From: Cenococcum geophilum
Taxonomy: Eukaryota
Assembly (NCBI GenBank): GCA_050273025.1
Contig: CP158636.1
Coordinates: forward strand, 12,462,001-12,526,000
Reading direction: 5' to 3'
Length of the DNA stretch: 64,000 nt
The translations under genes and the position numbers were made by a program. The notes below the pieces were generated by a model. It did not search any database. It was not told the origin of the DNA and saw only the letters and a program-made list of their open reading frames with translations. Below, piece after piece: positions 36,156 to 49,958 of this stretch (position 1 is the stretch's first letter; each line of letters begins with the position of its first letter).

Positions 36156-39100
36156 ATGGAGGTCGCTCTTCATTCCGCTCTTGCTCGAGCTCATACTCAC
36201 AACGCGCCTTCAAGTGCTCATTCTCGACTAAACTCAGCCAGTGGGCCTTCTCCTCTAATGAATACCCAAAGCCATCAAAGCTACACTAGCCAGTACTCCA
36301 ACTTTTCACACAGCACTGCGCGCGATACTCAAACTACCCAAGGCACCTCAACTTCCACTTTATTTGGCCAACCTCCGGTCTTCCCACCGACCCCCGCCAA
36401 CGGTGCTCCAATCGAGGCTACGAACAATGTTCTAAATAAACGGGCCGACAAAGATACCTCTCTGTTCCAGATCTGTCTAAACCTTCAGCAACGTCTGAGA
36501 TCAGTGCCGGATTTTGAGCAATGGTTGGTAGAGGAAGAACAGGATGCGGATGATGACACGGACCCAGTCACGTTACTATGGAGGACTTTCCGACGAGGAT
36601 ACCCTTTGATGACGATCTACAATGCATTGAACCCCAAAGTGCGTCTGGAAGTGGATGAGTCTAGGGTTGCGGAAAAGAAGAGGGGACAGGCTGCGACGTT
36701 TAAGTTTCTGCAGGCTTGCATGGCGGAGTTAAAATTTCCCGCAACAGAGTGCTTCATCATCACCGACCTTTATGGTGATGACACAACTGGGTTCGTAAAG
36801 GTACGTTGATGACATGAACTTTAAGCTGTTGAATCGCGAAACTATTGCCGCAGAAGACAAATATGGTGTACTATTCTCGACCGGAAGCTTACACCGCACT
36901 AGGTTGCCAAAGTCGTCAATCGAGTCCTCGATATTTTAGTTCGAGTTGGTGTCATTAGCTCAGAGACTGAGAGCCCTGATGATACATCAATTTCTACAAC
37001 AACCACTAAAAGAACCCAAAGACAGCATATTATCGATGAATTGGTTAAGACAGAGCGCACATATGTGCAACATCTAGAACTCCTTCAGGCTTTTAAAAAG
37101 CTTGTAGAAGAGAAGGGAGTCATTACAGGTGACGCAGTTCACGATGTGTTTTTGAACTTGAACGCTCTTTTAGATTTTCAGAGGAGATTCTTGATCCGTG
37201 TCGAACAGACCAATGCCCTACCCGAGAATGAGCAGAATTGGGGCAAACTTTTCGTGCTATACAAGGATGCGTTTAAAGTGTACGAACCGTACATTGCAAA
37301 CCAGAGAAAGTGCGAAGAAGTTGCAATGCGCGAGTTTGATAAATTGAAGGAGACAGGTGGTTCATCTGAACTTCGACAGATGGTGGAGTCACCCACACAT
37401 CTGACTTCATTCCTCCTGAAACCTTTCCAGCGATTGGCTAAATACCCGTTATTGCTGAAGGTAAGTTTGAGCGCTTTGGTTTGATGCGTGAATACTTACT
37501 GCCAGTTAGGAACTGCGTGATAAAGGTGATCTCGATGACGAACGAAGAGATGACATATCAACTGGCATTGAGGCAGCGTCTTCTGTACTTCAACGAACCA
37601 ACGCTGCTATCGACCGTGAAGAGCGGGTTGAAGCTGTTGAGGAGCTAAAGAGTAGGGTTGAGGATTGGAAAGGCCACCGCATTGAAGGATTTGGAGAACT
37701 ACTACTTCACGGCACGTTCACTGTACTCAAAGGCGAAAGCATAAGCACAAAGAATGAAGAGCGAGAGGTGAGCCAAAAACTCAGTTTAACAGCTTCGGCT
37801 ATTAAAATAGTGCACGAGAAGTCAAAGTGCATGTTATCTCTGCTATCATTTTCAACCTCAACCTTACACATTGCAATTTTTTTTCACTGACGATCTTCAT
37901 CTGATAGTACAAAATCTACCTCTTCGAGATGATCCTCCTTTGCTGCAAGGAAATTAATCCAAACAAGCAAAAGAATAGAATGATGAACAAGCCTCTTGTG
38001 GATCGCAAGGGAAAACCGAAGCTTCAACTTAAAGGCCGTATCTTTATGCAAAATGTCACAGAAACGATATCCCTTTCGAAACCAGGTGCGATCTGAACCC
38101 GCGGCCTCACAACCAATTGCTAACTTCCCTTAGGTTCTTACACTTGCCAGATCTTCTGGAAAGGCGATCCTGGCATCGAGAATTTCGTCGTTCGATTCAA
38201 TTCCGAGGAAACCATGAAGAAGTGGGCTAACCAGGTTGATACTCAACGACGGATCTGGAAGGACCATGCGAGATCCAGCAGCAGCACCAAGCAGTCAAGC
38301 GCTTCCGCAACCGAGTTTACCTACATGAGGGATCAAGTCCAACTTGAGAATCCCTACAGAGAAGATGATGATGATGGAGATGAAAATGATGACCTCGACA
38401 CCGTTGTACCTGGTTATCTAGGTCTACAGGATAACTATATAGTTGGCCAACGTTCCAGGTCGGCTACTAGTGAAAGTGGCCCTCCGATGGGCGACCTAGA
38501 TTCACGAGTACCACCACCCCGTTTCCCAATGGGTTATACATCCCAACCATCACTAACACTCCGAACCCAACAGCTTCAAGGCGCTGGTGGGACACCTCAG
38601 GCTGATTCATACTTTTCTCCAACCGCCGAATCTCCCATTTCCTCACGCACAAGCTCATCCTCTGCTGGCATGTTTCCCTTCCCTCGGCAGCAGCCGCCTC
38701 CAAATGGCTGGCATGGAGAGGATCACAACGCACGATTCACAGCTCCTGCAATGGCCCGCCAAATGTCTCGGGAGGGGTCTATGGGCTCAGGTATATATCC
38801 TGGCGGTCGTAGCAACGCTATGCAGCGGCCCTCGTTGCCTCCTAATGCAGGCTTACAGCACAATGCAGTCCTATCGCAGAACAGGTTGAGGTCAGCCAGC
38901 AGCCCAGATATCCATAATCCACCGGGCCCTGGTCGTCGTTCGAACGGGCAGCACCCACCTGTACCGGAAGTTCCTCCATTTCCTACTCACTATGCGTATA
39001 CACCAGGGATTGTCAACCGGAGTCAAAACAACTCGCCAAACAGCTTGCCGCAACGGGCCGCTACGCAGTCGCCAAATTACCAACGTGAAAGGCTTGTACA

Positions 39101-39569
39101 GCAGCGAAGTGGATCAGAACATAATGGTGTCGAATATCCTGGAGGTCCTGCTCGCCACGACCCACGACATGTGCCAATGCCGAGAACCATGGCCCTCGCA
39201 TCCTCATTTGATCGGACTATGTCCCCACCTTTGTCTTCTCAGACTCCCCGTCCCGAGGATATCCCGATTCCATCACAACTGAAGGTCAAAGTACACTGCC
39301 CGTCAGCTGGAAGTACCATGACTCTGGTTGTAAGCACGAACATCAGCTTTCAATCATTAAAGGACCGCATCGATGCTAAGCTTCAACGATCCACGAGTGT
39401 CTCACTCAGCGCGGGGCAAGTAAAACTCAAATACATTGACGAAGATGATTATGTCAGCATCCAGTCGGATGAAGACGTACAAACAGCGTTTGAGACGTGG
39501 AAAGAGCAACAGCGGGATCAGATCATGGCGGGACAATTAGGCGAGATAGAGCTGTATTGTCAGCGTTGA
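36156..39569 (+). CDS. CDC24: Rho GEF Cdc24/Scd1 (CH-DH-PH-PB1), 5 exons
   Basis: DPVTLLW..FRRGYPL, DLYGDDTTGFVKV, ELVKTERTYVQHLE, FLLKPFQRLAKYPLLL, LQLKGRIFM, PB1 KLKYIDEDDYVSIQSDEDV. Confidence 0.96.
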
Positions 39570-40424
39570 TTGGTGCAGCAGCAGTCTCTCAGAATGGCTC
39601 GCGAGCTTGCGGGCCAGCATTGTTCTTGGCGTTCTTTAAAACGGGATAATTTTCGACACAAGTACTTATTAGGTGTATGGGCATCATTTAACTACCCTAG
39701 GCGAACGGGAGCATACGACATTCTTGGTTCTTTTCTTCGCGGGAGTCTCAACGGCATTATCCTCATCATGTGGGCGGGACCGGCGCAATTCGGATCACAT
39801 GCATGATACATTATTGCCGGCTTCGGATTCCTTCGTTTCGTGGCGTAGAGAAAGTATAACCAATGGTACGGCTTGCTACAGTCGCTTAGCATTTTCTCGG
39901 CTCCACGGCTTTTTGCTCCACGGCTTTTTCTCCTCTTATATTCTGGGGTATATTGCTATTTTGGCTGGAGCTTGTTTTAGTTCTTGTTGAGGCGGAAGAG
40001 AGACGGAGAGCAAGGGGGTGAGAGAGTTGAGATGATTGATGATGGAATGAATTCTGATGGATCAAGGCGCTTCCAGTCATTGCAATATTACAAGCGAGAT
40101 ATATTTGCCTCTACTTAGGTGTACGAGGATTTTTGGAATAGGAAGACTTGTTCTAATTACTGGATGTTGCCCAACGAGCGTCCTACTTTCTGGCTTATGC
40201 TGGCGCTCTCCAGATGAGATGATACCATGAGACTTTTCTTGGTGGACGCATGCATTCGCGCAGCTTCAGCTGACAAGGCTGAGGCGATATTATCTTACGA
40301 TATAATGCAAGACAGACGATTGGCCGGCGATTCACGCCGAGAGGTGAGCTATCCCTTGGGCAATTTTGGTCCTTAGGTTATCGATAAGAATCAACCAATC
40401 GGAAAAACTGGGTTAATACTGTGG

Positions 40425-40495
40425 TGTCAAGGGTAAGTTTTGTGCCAAGTCCCTTACAAATTATGAGAGTCTTGGCACAAAACTTACCCTTGATA
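40425..40495. mobile_element. Minimal hairpin MITE / collapsed Tc1-type element
   Basis: TCAAGGGTAAGTTTTGTGCCAAG and CTTGGCACAAAACTTACCCTTGA, perfect 23-bp inverted arms, 21-bp spacer. Confidence 0.75.
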
Positions 40496-40500
40496 GTATA

Positions 40501-40645
40501 CAAGGGGGTAACATGAACGGGTCAGACGCCCCCCTGCTAGTCTAGGTGAAGAAATAAGCGAGTCCGAAGTGACGTAGCGGGGCCAGGTTATTTTGTTTAC
40601 TGTACTAGCAGGGGGGGCATTTGACCCGTTCATGTTACCCCCTTG
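40501..40645. mobile_element. Tc1/mariner-type MITE, 145 bp, TA TSD
   Basis: Perfect 24-bp TIR CAAGGGGGTAACATGAACGGGTCA extending imperfectly to ~40 bp; TA on both sides. Confidence 0.9.
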
Positions 40646-40657
40646 TATATATTTAGT

Positions 40658-43600
40658 CGCCTGAGCCGCTTGATCTACAGTTGAAAGAGGAGGATATTTA
40701 TCTTGGACATTCTTTTAATCGAATCCTAGTCTTTTGTTTAGCTAGTTCCCGCTGTAAGGCGGCCCCTGCGGCCCACCGAACGAAGCCCTGGAGCCCCGAT
40801 GGCTGCTTCGACCCCTGAACGCGTATTAGCAACACCACCTTTGGACCCGCCAGCAGCTCTACTAAGACGTATAAAGAAACCAAGCGCGAAGGTGCAAGAG
40901 GCCCAGCAGTCGCTAAGGACACGAGCCTAAATATTAGCACAGTTTAAATAGTAGACAACCGCACTATAAACCGGACTATAAGCTATACAGCATATACTGC
41001 CTTTATTCCCTATAGTAAGAGTCTCTACCTTACCCAAACGTAAAGGAGGAGGTATTAATTATAACGAATTTTATCGACTTATTGAAAGCCTTAAAGAAAC
41101 TATAGCATAGTAGAGCAATATTATTACAAACCAGAATAGCATTATTAAGAGTATTAGAAATAACCTTATAGACATTAAATCGGAATAGCGAAGCCTTAAA
41201 AAGCAAAATACTAAACTTTAAAAGGCTATCTGGTCCTTACGAGCGTAACTAAATACTCCCTTAGCTCTAATATAATTATAGGCATTAGTAGCGGCCAGTA
41301 GAGGCACAGCAGGGTTAGAGATAACCTTGCTATAAACGATAAGCGCTAGGAACCCTAAGGAACCTAATTAGTAGCTAGTAATAGACGTTAGCCGAGTAGG
41401 TTTAGAGGCAATAGAGAGGGTAGCTACTACTAAAGTAGTAAAGTAAACCATTGCGTAAGGTATAAAGGATATTAAGGGGCTTACGGGAGCTATACTTAAG
41501 GACTTCCACGTATAGCAAATAAGCGACAGCGCGAGTATTATTAGATTCTTGGTGAAAAAAGATAAAGAAGCTACGTTTAGGCAGACGACTACTTAATAGC
41601 TTAAACCGTATATCCTTAGCACAAGGCTTATTAGACCTAAGTAGTATACAGTTAAGGCAAACTGGGTTAAAGTACCTTTAGCGATAGATATTAATAGCGG
41701 AAAAGTAAGTAAGTTAGCTATAGAGCGCTTTAGGGTAGAGAATAGGGTAGAGGTATATATAATAAGATAGCTGGGACAACTAAGGCCGCGCGGCTAGTAT
41801 ATGTCGGTAATTGTTAAAGTAGCAATAAAGGAGGATATAGAGAAGCTGCTTATGTTAGATAACGTGTTATTTAGGGAAGGCGTAATTATTATATCACCAT
41901 TTAAGGAGCAACGTACCCCTATAGCATGCTATAAATGCAAAAGGTTTAGATATAGGGCTAAAGACTACACACGACCTAATACGTGCGAAATATATAGGCG
42001 GGAAGGCTATCTCTGGTGTAAGACGGTAAATCTATACTGCGTGAACTACTAGGGTCCTTACTAAACCTTATACCGTAAATGCCTAGTATACAGGAAAGAG
42101 ATGGACAGGATTCTTATATAATAGCGCTATAAATAGAGAACTTTAGATCCTCTAGGCAAACATAAAGAAGTACAGGGAGGCGTAGTATGCGCTATATAAT
42201 AACAAAGCGCTGGCGGACTTCCACTTTATTCTAGGCCAGGAGCCTTACTGCTTTCTCTTAGATAGGGAAGTGGTGCTAGCTAGCTTAAATCCCTAGTGGA
42301 TGAGGTTCGTCCCAATAGGTAGGCAGTAGCGGTATCCCCTAGTTAGGTTATATATCTAGGCATCTAGAGAGCTAGTAGCTACACAGCTATAGGTAGATTT
42401 AGTAGACATTATAGCGGTAATAGCGCACGTTAGCTAAAGGAGACTTATAATTATGTCGGTATATATTCCAGATAGAGGTTTAAGAAGAACTAAGGAAGAG
42501 AACCTAGAGGAGCTCTTTAGTAGACTAGAGATAATTAATAGGCTAATTTAGGGTAAACTATTACGTAACCTATACACCAAGGTAGTAATTACAGGTAACT
42601 TTAATCGGCATAATCCGCTATAGGGAGGAAGTTATATTAGTACCATATTAACGCAGGAAGAAAGCGCACTAATTATTAACTTTATGGCGGACCGGTTACT
42701 CTAGAGCCTACTTTTAGTGGGAATACCTATGTTTAAAAGCGACGCGGGGCGAATATTAATAATTGACCTTATACTTACAACCCCGGGCCTAGCAAGTAAA
42801 CTAGTAAAGTGCGCTATTTAGGAGTATAAGTACGGATTAGACTATAGAGCTATCTATACTAGTTTTTAGGTTAATATAGATACGTAGGAGAGCTAGGAGA
42901 GGCTGCTTATTAAAAATACAAACTAGGATAAGATATAAGAAAACGTAGAGCGATAGAAAGAGATGGGATTCCCTATAGAAGATATAGATGAAATAGTTAA
43001 CTACCTTAATAGGTGGGTTAATAAAGCCCTTAAAGTATACTGCTAATAGGCTAGACTATTACCGTATATAAAAAGATGGTGGAACGAAGACCTTATAACG
43101 CTAAGGAAGTTATATATATACTGGAGGAACAGGAATAGCGCGATACGGAGGCAAAAAAGGGATAACTCTAAGCTATATAATGTCGCAGCAAAAGCGAAGA
43201 AGCTCTTCTATAGGACTATTCGGCGATATAGGAAGCTCTATTAGGACGAATTCCTTAGTAATAGTGACAATATATAGAAAGCGTCGAAATACCTTAATCC
43301 GTAGGCTATATCCGCGTTTGCTAGAATACCGCCAATTAAGAAGGATAGAGGATAAGGAGAAGTTATTACAGAGAACTATAATATTATAAGAGAACTACTC
43401 TAGGTATTCTTTCTGGTCCCGCCGCCATGCGAATAAGAGAAGGAAGCTATAACTAGCTATAACCAATTACTATAGGAGCCTATCGCCAAATACGAGGTTA
43501 AGGCAGCTATATTTAGGGCTAGCCTAGATAAGGCTTCTAGAAGGGACGGCCTACTAGCTAGGGTGTAGCGAGAGCTATAGCCTATACTAAGTGGTAAGAT

Positions 43601-46368
43601 TACTACTCTTTTTACTAAATTACTTAAGATAGGAAAGGTACCCTAAAAATAGAAGGTAGTAAAGATTATACCGCTATAGAAGCCAAAGTGGGGAGACTAT
43701 ACGGTAGCAAATAACTATAGGCCGATCTCCCTCCTCCCGACGCTAGGAAAAGCACTTAAATTACTAGTGGTAGAGAGGATAGTATACCTAGTAGAGGAAT
43801 ATAGCCTACTACCTAAGATGCACTTTAGAGCTAGGAAGTAAAGGTTAACAATATATACGCTATCGTATCTCTACAAGGACGTATTTAAAGCGTAGAGAGA
43901 AAAGAAGACGCTATCTCTAGTATTATTTAATGTTAAGGGTGCGTATAATAATGTGGCCATAGAGCCGGAAATTAGGAGATTACGGCAGCGTTAGATACCT
44001 TAGACGATTATATAATAGGTATAGGACTTTTATATAAACTGTTAAGCCTATATCCTAGTTAATGGATATATATTAGAGGTATAGGCGCTCCCGCAGGCGG
44101 GTCTCCTATAGGGATTAGCACTAGCCCTAATACTCTTTCTATTCTTTAACGCGGATCTTATATAAAGCGTACCTAGAAATAGCAGCTCTATGGCCTTTGT
44201 TAATAACTACTTAGTATAGGTTACAGGCCCTACAGCGGAGGAAAATACGTAGATTATCTAGGGCAAGATTATACCAATGCTTAAGAAATAGGAGAGGACT
44301 AGTGGAGCCCAATTTAAAGTAAAGAAAACGTTATTTATCTACCTTACTAAATATAAAGAAGTAGGTAGGGATGCTACTACACCGCTCTAATTTAAAGGAA
44401 AAGGGATCCCCCCGACTTAGAAAGTTAAAATTCTTAGGGTAATCCTTAATAAGGAGCTATGGTTTAAGGCGTACCTAGCAGATAAGGCAGGTAAAGCCAC
44501 TAAAGTGGCGCTAGCGTTGCGCAGATTAAAGGGACTATAGTCTAAGAGCGTTAAGCAGCTAGCTAAGAGCTCGGTCCTACTAGTAGTAGACTACACGTTA
44601 CTAATATAGTACCCGCTTGCGATATAAGAGTTAATATAACTCCTCTAGTAGGCGCAGAGGATTACGGCACAAGCTATTATTAGGGGGTTCCGCTCCGTCG
44701 CCCTACTAATAGCGGAAGTAAAAGCCGGCTTGCTCCCTTTTAAGTAAAGGCTGTGTAACCAGGCTATTGCGTTTTAGGTATTAATTTATAAACTAGGCAA
44801 ATTATATCCTTATTAGATAATTTAAAGATAGAGGCTCTATAAATAGCACTAGTTACCGCTTTAGAGGATAGCAGAGATATATAAGGATGTCTAGGTAAAT
44901 AGGGTGCTAGAGGTTAAACTATATATATGCTCACCATAAATAGCTAAGCTAAACGTAGTAATATGCAAGGACGAAGAGCATACTTAAGCTATTATTAAAG
45001 ACTATAAACCAGGGCAGGTTAACATATACGTTAATATATCAGTGCGTAATAGTAGGGTAGGAGTTGGCGTGTATGCTACGCCATCTAAAGTAACGCTTTC
45101 GAAAACGGTGGCGGGCTCTAAGTAGGCCGACGCCTACCTAACAGAGCTTCTAGCAATTAGCGAGGCAGCTAACTAGCCATGGGACCCCATGTATACGGCT
45201 GTTAACTAAGTAGGTTTTCCAATACCTGCTTCTAGTATAAGAATATTCTCCAACTCGCAATTAGCGTTACTGTTAGTATAGAGCTAGAGGGCTAGAGCCT
45301 ACTAGGAAATAGTTATAGAGATCTTAAAGAAGCTCTAGCTAAATAATGTTACGCTATACTAGATTCCAGGCTATTTGGGATTTATAGAAAATAAGAAGGC
45401 TAATAAGCTTACTAAAGCAGTAACAAGACTAGAGAGTAAAGAGCTACTATAGAGAGACGGCCTCCTATAGTACCTTGTGACGTAAGCCTTAAAAAGAGCT
45501 AAGATAATAATAGGACCGCTTCTATTAAGAAGATCTAATATAGGTAAGTTTATAAGGAAGATTAACGCAGCACTCTACCTTAGAAAGGCTATAGGATTAT
45601 ACTAGTAGCTAATTAGCCTAGAAGCTACCATCCTTATACAGTTACGGACCGGTAAGTTATTTCTAAAGGAATATCTCCATAAAATTAATGCATTAGAGAC
45701 GGCGTTATACGACTATAGGCTTATAGAATTAATATAGCACTTCCTCTTCTCTTATAGGAGGTAGGCGTAGTAGAGGATTAAACTAAGAGAGCAATATAGA
45801 GATCGATTTAGGGATCTATTATATGTATTAGGAGGCTACTTACGCAGACAAAAAGGAGGTAGGAGTATTAACGGCCCAATTAAGCGCTGGAAGCCAGACA
45901 TTAGCGTAGTTAAAGCTATAATTAAATTTATAAAGGAGACCGGACGTCTATACCTAAGCGTATAAGATATAAAGAGTATAAAAGCTAACGTTAATAAGCA
46001 AAGACTCCTAAGAATTTCTTCTCTAATTATCTAACCGAATACACCGCGAGCCTCCTCTACACGTGCCTCTACTGGTGCGTCGCCGATTAAGAAGCGTATA
46101 ACGCTGGAATAGCCCTACGGACACAAGGCGTTGAAAACTACTTACTTAAGCTCGCCTCTAAACTCCAACTTTCTTTAATAGTAACATATTACTTTCCTTT
46201 ATTTTTTCCTTGGTTAAGTATAGTGTTAGGTAATAGATATATAGTTTTTATAGTTGGCTTCTGAACTAGAGCAAGCATGTTGATGGCAGGAAGTATTTAG
46301 TTAGCGCTCTGTAACGGCCCATACCCTAAATGGTGCATGGCTATAATAGAATATACATACATATATAC
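40658..46368 (+). mobile_element. Full-length Tad1-like LINE (ORF1 gag ~40950-42135; ORF2 APE-RT-RNase H ~42129-46035), RIP-inactivated
   Basis: CCHC knuckles ~41925-42050; ILQAN, G(D)FNRH, YRPISLL.TLGK.LE, GLPQGS.LAPILF, AFV(DD)Y, WIPG..G..GN..A; (ATAC)n-like tail; TSD GTATATATTTAGT at 40645-40657 and 46369-46381. Confidence 0.92.
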
Positions 46369-47011
46369 GTATATATTTAGTTGAATCCAGTCGCGCACAT
46401 AAGCGACCTTAGCAAAGGACCCTACGGTGTCAAGGGATAGGACCTCGGCAGTATTTGGTGCATTTGAAAAGTCTCCACGTGCGCACCCCATCAAAATACT
46501 TGCAACAAGGCTCAGAAAATTCGGAGTTACTCGGGCCTTCCTTTTCAAATGCACCAAATAGGCTTCCCATCCCTTGATCGTTTCTGTTCGCTTCGTTCAC
46601 TATTCTCCCAAAGGGCCAAAGAAAGTGTCGTCATTCACACAACTGAATGTGGCGCTTAATCGCCATGGAGCATCACAGAATTAGTCAAAGACGGTCAAGA
46701 CCTTGGCAGGTGCGAAAATCCCGGCCGACATCGCCATATCTTATGTGAGAGCAATGACTGGGCGGGCGGTTGAGGAGAGAACGCTAGGCACTTTTACGCA
46801 ACTCCAGACCGTCTCGAAACCGTCCTTCGGGCAAAACCGTGACAAGCCTAGCAGCGGCAAACCATTCAGTCTTAAACATATAACCATTGTAGTCCCACTA
46901 GTCTACACTTCGATATCACTTACGTATCACCTGGGCCTGACTTGATCCTTCGTCGCTGCCGCTTAAACCCCAGGCAAACCGCTCTTGTCGCCGCATTGAC
47001 GCCTCACCGCC

Positions 47012-49262
47012 ATGAACTGTCCTTCGCGCGCCGATCACGTCGACACAGACGGCTGGAATCAGAACCCACCAGCCCTCAATGCAGACGCAACGACTCAAGC
47101 CGACCTAAACCATATGGCCAACGCAAGGTTGCAAAGAGATCATTGTATAGATCCCGTGGACCCTTCATGGGCAAACATCGATCCTGGCCAGGAACACACA
47201 GTGGAGGGGAAAGAGAATACGGCGCCATTGAACACAGGAAATGTTAAGAGCAGTGCTAAGGGCTCAGAGCACTTTGTTGCAGGCACAGCTACACTCTCTG
47301 CCTCTTCATCTCCTGGAAATGGAGGGAATAACGGCCGGAAAGTACTTAGGGATTGGGGAAATGGCCTCCGGGGGATGGCAAGGAGAACCGTTCAAGTGCT
47401 GATTAAATATGGGAAGTTTGTTGGACCTGGCTTCATGGTTGCTGTTGCGTATATAGATCCTGGTGAGTACCTTTTCTTCAACTTCATTTGTGATTCTAGT
47501 CATTTGTGCGAGCTCAAGGCTACGTCTTTATTCGTCATTTTCATATACATGTCGTTTATACACACACACAAGCACACTGGCATTTTTTGCAAGGACGGTG
47601 ATGCATTTCCATCTACCATCAAATCCATATCCTCGCCCTCTCCTGAACACCCATCAGACGTATTGTGGCATTATCTTTATGCTTGGCCTTTCCCGGACGT
47701 TACTTGGCCTTTCTTGGACGTTACTTGGCCACTCTCAAAGAATTTGCGGTGTGAGAAATGAGCTAACCTTTTTGTCTTTGTAGGTAATTATGCAACGGAT
47801 GTCGCTGCTGGAGCTTCCTATCGATTCAAATTACTGTTCATAATTCTCATGTCGAATTTCTTCGCCGTTTTTCTTCAGTCCCTATGCATCAAACTTGGTT
47901 CTGTCACGGGGATGAATCTTGCTGAGAACTGCAAGGCTAACCTACCACCATGGTTGAACTATTTGCTTTACTTCTTTGCAGAGTCTGCTATCATTGCCAC
48001 TGATATAGCTGAGGTAATTCACTTCTATGTTTAGATTCTGTATGAGTAGCTGACAATAGAACGACAGGTCATTGGCACTGCAATCGCTCTCAATGTACTT
48101 TTACACATACCATTAGTCGCTGGATGCGCCATATCTATCCTGGATGTGCTCATTATTCTGCTCTTCTATAATCCTTCAGGTTCTATGCGTGCTCTACGCG
48201 CATTCGAATTTTTCGTCATGTCATTGGTCCTCGGAGTTGTAATCTGCTTTTGTTTTCAACTTAGTCTTATTAAAGACACTTCTATTGGCGAGGTTTTCCG
48301 CGGATATCTCCCGTCTTCGGCAATCATCCAATCTCAAGGGTACGTTCAACTCCAAGTTAATTTGTATCTGAAGTTAAACGTATCCTAACAACGCTTGCAG
48401 TCTCTTCCAATCATGCGGTATTCTTGGTGCAACCGTCATGCCACATAGCCTCTACCTCGGAAGTGGCATTGTGCAAGCTCGTCTCCGCGAATTCGACCAG
48501 AACTCCGGCAACGTCTCCACCCCCGACCACGTAGAGCCGCGCGCGTCCGAGTCTGAGGATGACAGCGACGCCTCACTCTCCAAATACCGACCCTCACTAG
48601 CCGCCATCCGCTCATGCATGTCGTACAGCATCGCCGAGCTAGCCATCTCCCTCGTCACCTTCGCGCTCTTCGTCAACAGCTCGATCCTCATCGTCGCTGG
48701 CTCCTCCCTGTCCTCCCTCCCCGGTGCTGACGACGCCGACCTCTTCACCATCCACGATCTGCTCTCCTCGACCCTCGCGCCTGTCGCCGGCACCATCTTC
48801 GCCCTCGCCCTGCTCCTCTCCGGCACCTCAGCCGGCATCGTCTGCACCATCGCCGGCCAGATGGTCTCCGAGGGCCAGCTCAACTGGACCATCAAGCCGT
48901 GGGTGCGCCGCCTCGTCACCCGCAGCATCAGCATCACGCCCAGCATCATCATCGCGGGCGCTGTCGGGCGCGAGGGCCTCAGCCGCGCGCTCGAGGGCAG
49001 CCAGGTCGCGCTTAGCGTCATCTTGCCCTTCACCAGCGCCCCGCTCATCTGGTTTACTTGCCGCAGCCAGTATATGAAGGTTGCGGTGGGCAGGTCTGAG
49101 GGAGAGGATGCGGAGGGGGATGCGGATGCGGAGAGCGATGTGCCCCGTACTGTGCAGATGCGGAATCATTGGATCACGACGGCGGCGGCGATTGTGATTT
49201 GGGGCATTATTGTCGTTATGAACGTCGCGTTGCTTGTGCTTGTGGGGCGGGGGACCGATTGA
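47012..49262 (+). CDS. NRAMP family Mn/Fe transporter (Smf1/Smf2-like); introns ~47463-47783, 48014-48068, 48340-48400
   Basis: GPGFMVAVAYIDPG|NYATD, AIIATDIAE|VIG, GATVMPHSLYLGS, GIVCTIAGQMVSEG, SQVALSVILPF. Confidence 0.95.
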
Positions 49263-49958
49263 TGAGATATGCATGCATTTTGGGGTGTTTTGGGAGTGGA
49301 TCTGGGAAAAGCAGGGACTTTGGCGTTCTTGGGGGTGTTTATAGGCATTTGTATAGGCATTTACTTAAGGGCAAAATTAGGAAATTGTTCTTGGGGCTAG
49401 AGATAGATTACTATAGGTATATCTCGAAACCAGCATTATTCCTGCATCTATCAATATGTGGAGGGATTTAAGTGACACTAATGGGTTCCACGTCTGAGTC
49501 AATACAGAGAGGATAATAGGGAGCATATACTCATTCTTAAAGGCCGTGGACTTCCTACGAGAATGCCATGCTTTCTTGACTTGCTAAGTTGACTATGAAT
49601 ATAGCGTTGAGTCCAGGGCTCCCACTCACCAATGCTGATTCGCATTGCAGCCTCCTTCTCGATACGTTGCTCAGCCCTACCGACTCATCAAGACTCATCA
49701 CTACTCCACGCTATCCATGCTACTGTGCCCCTCATACCAATGTGGGTCCATACTACTGTAGAATTCACGTAGCTGACCGCCGTACATATATATATATATA
49801 TATATAAGCTCCTTTTTTCAACCCGTCGAGACGATTTTCCAGTTTGCAAGAATCTCACTTCTCCTCTACGTCATCCATTCTTCAAGTTCCCAGTGCATTT
49901 CTCCCGTCTCTCTTCTTCCTCTTCTTCTCGCCAAATCTTCCTAGGTGATATCTAACCA

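Noticed and set aside
48452..49274. Long antisense ORFs over NRAMP (and similar ones over PDR, fwd-1, TPR arrays)
   Set aside because: Shadow frames caused by GC-rich codon bias of the real genes
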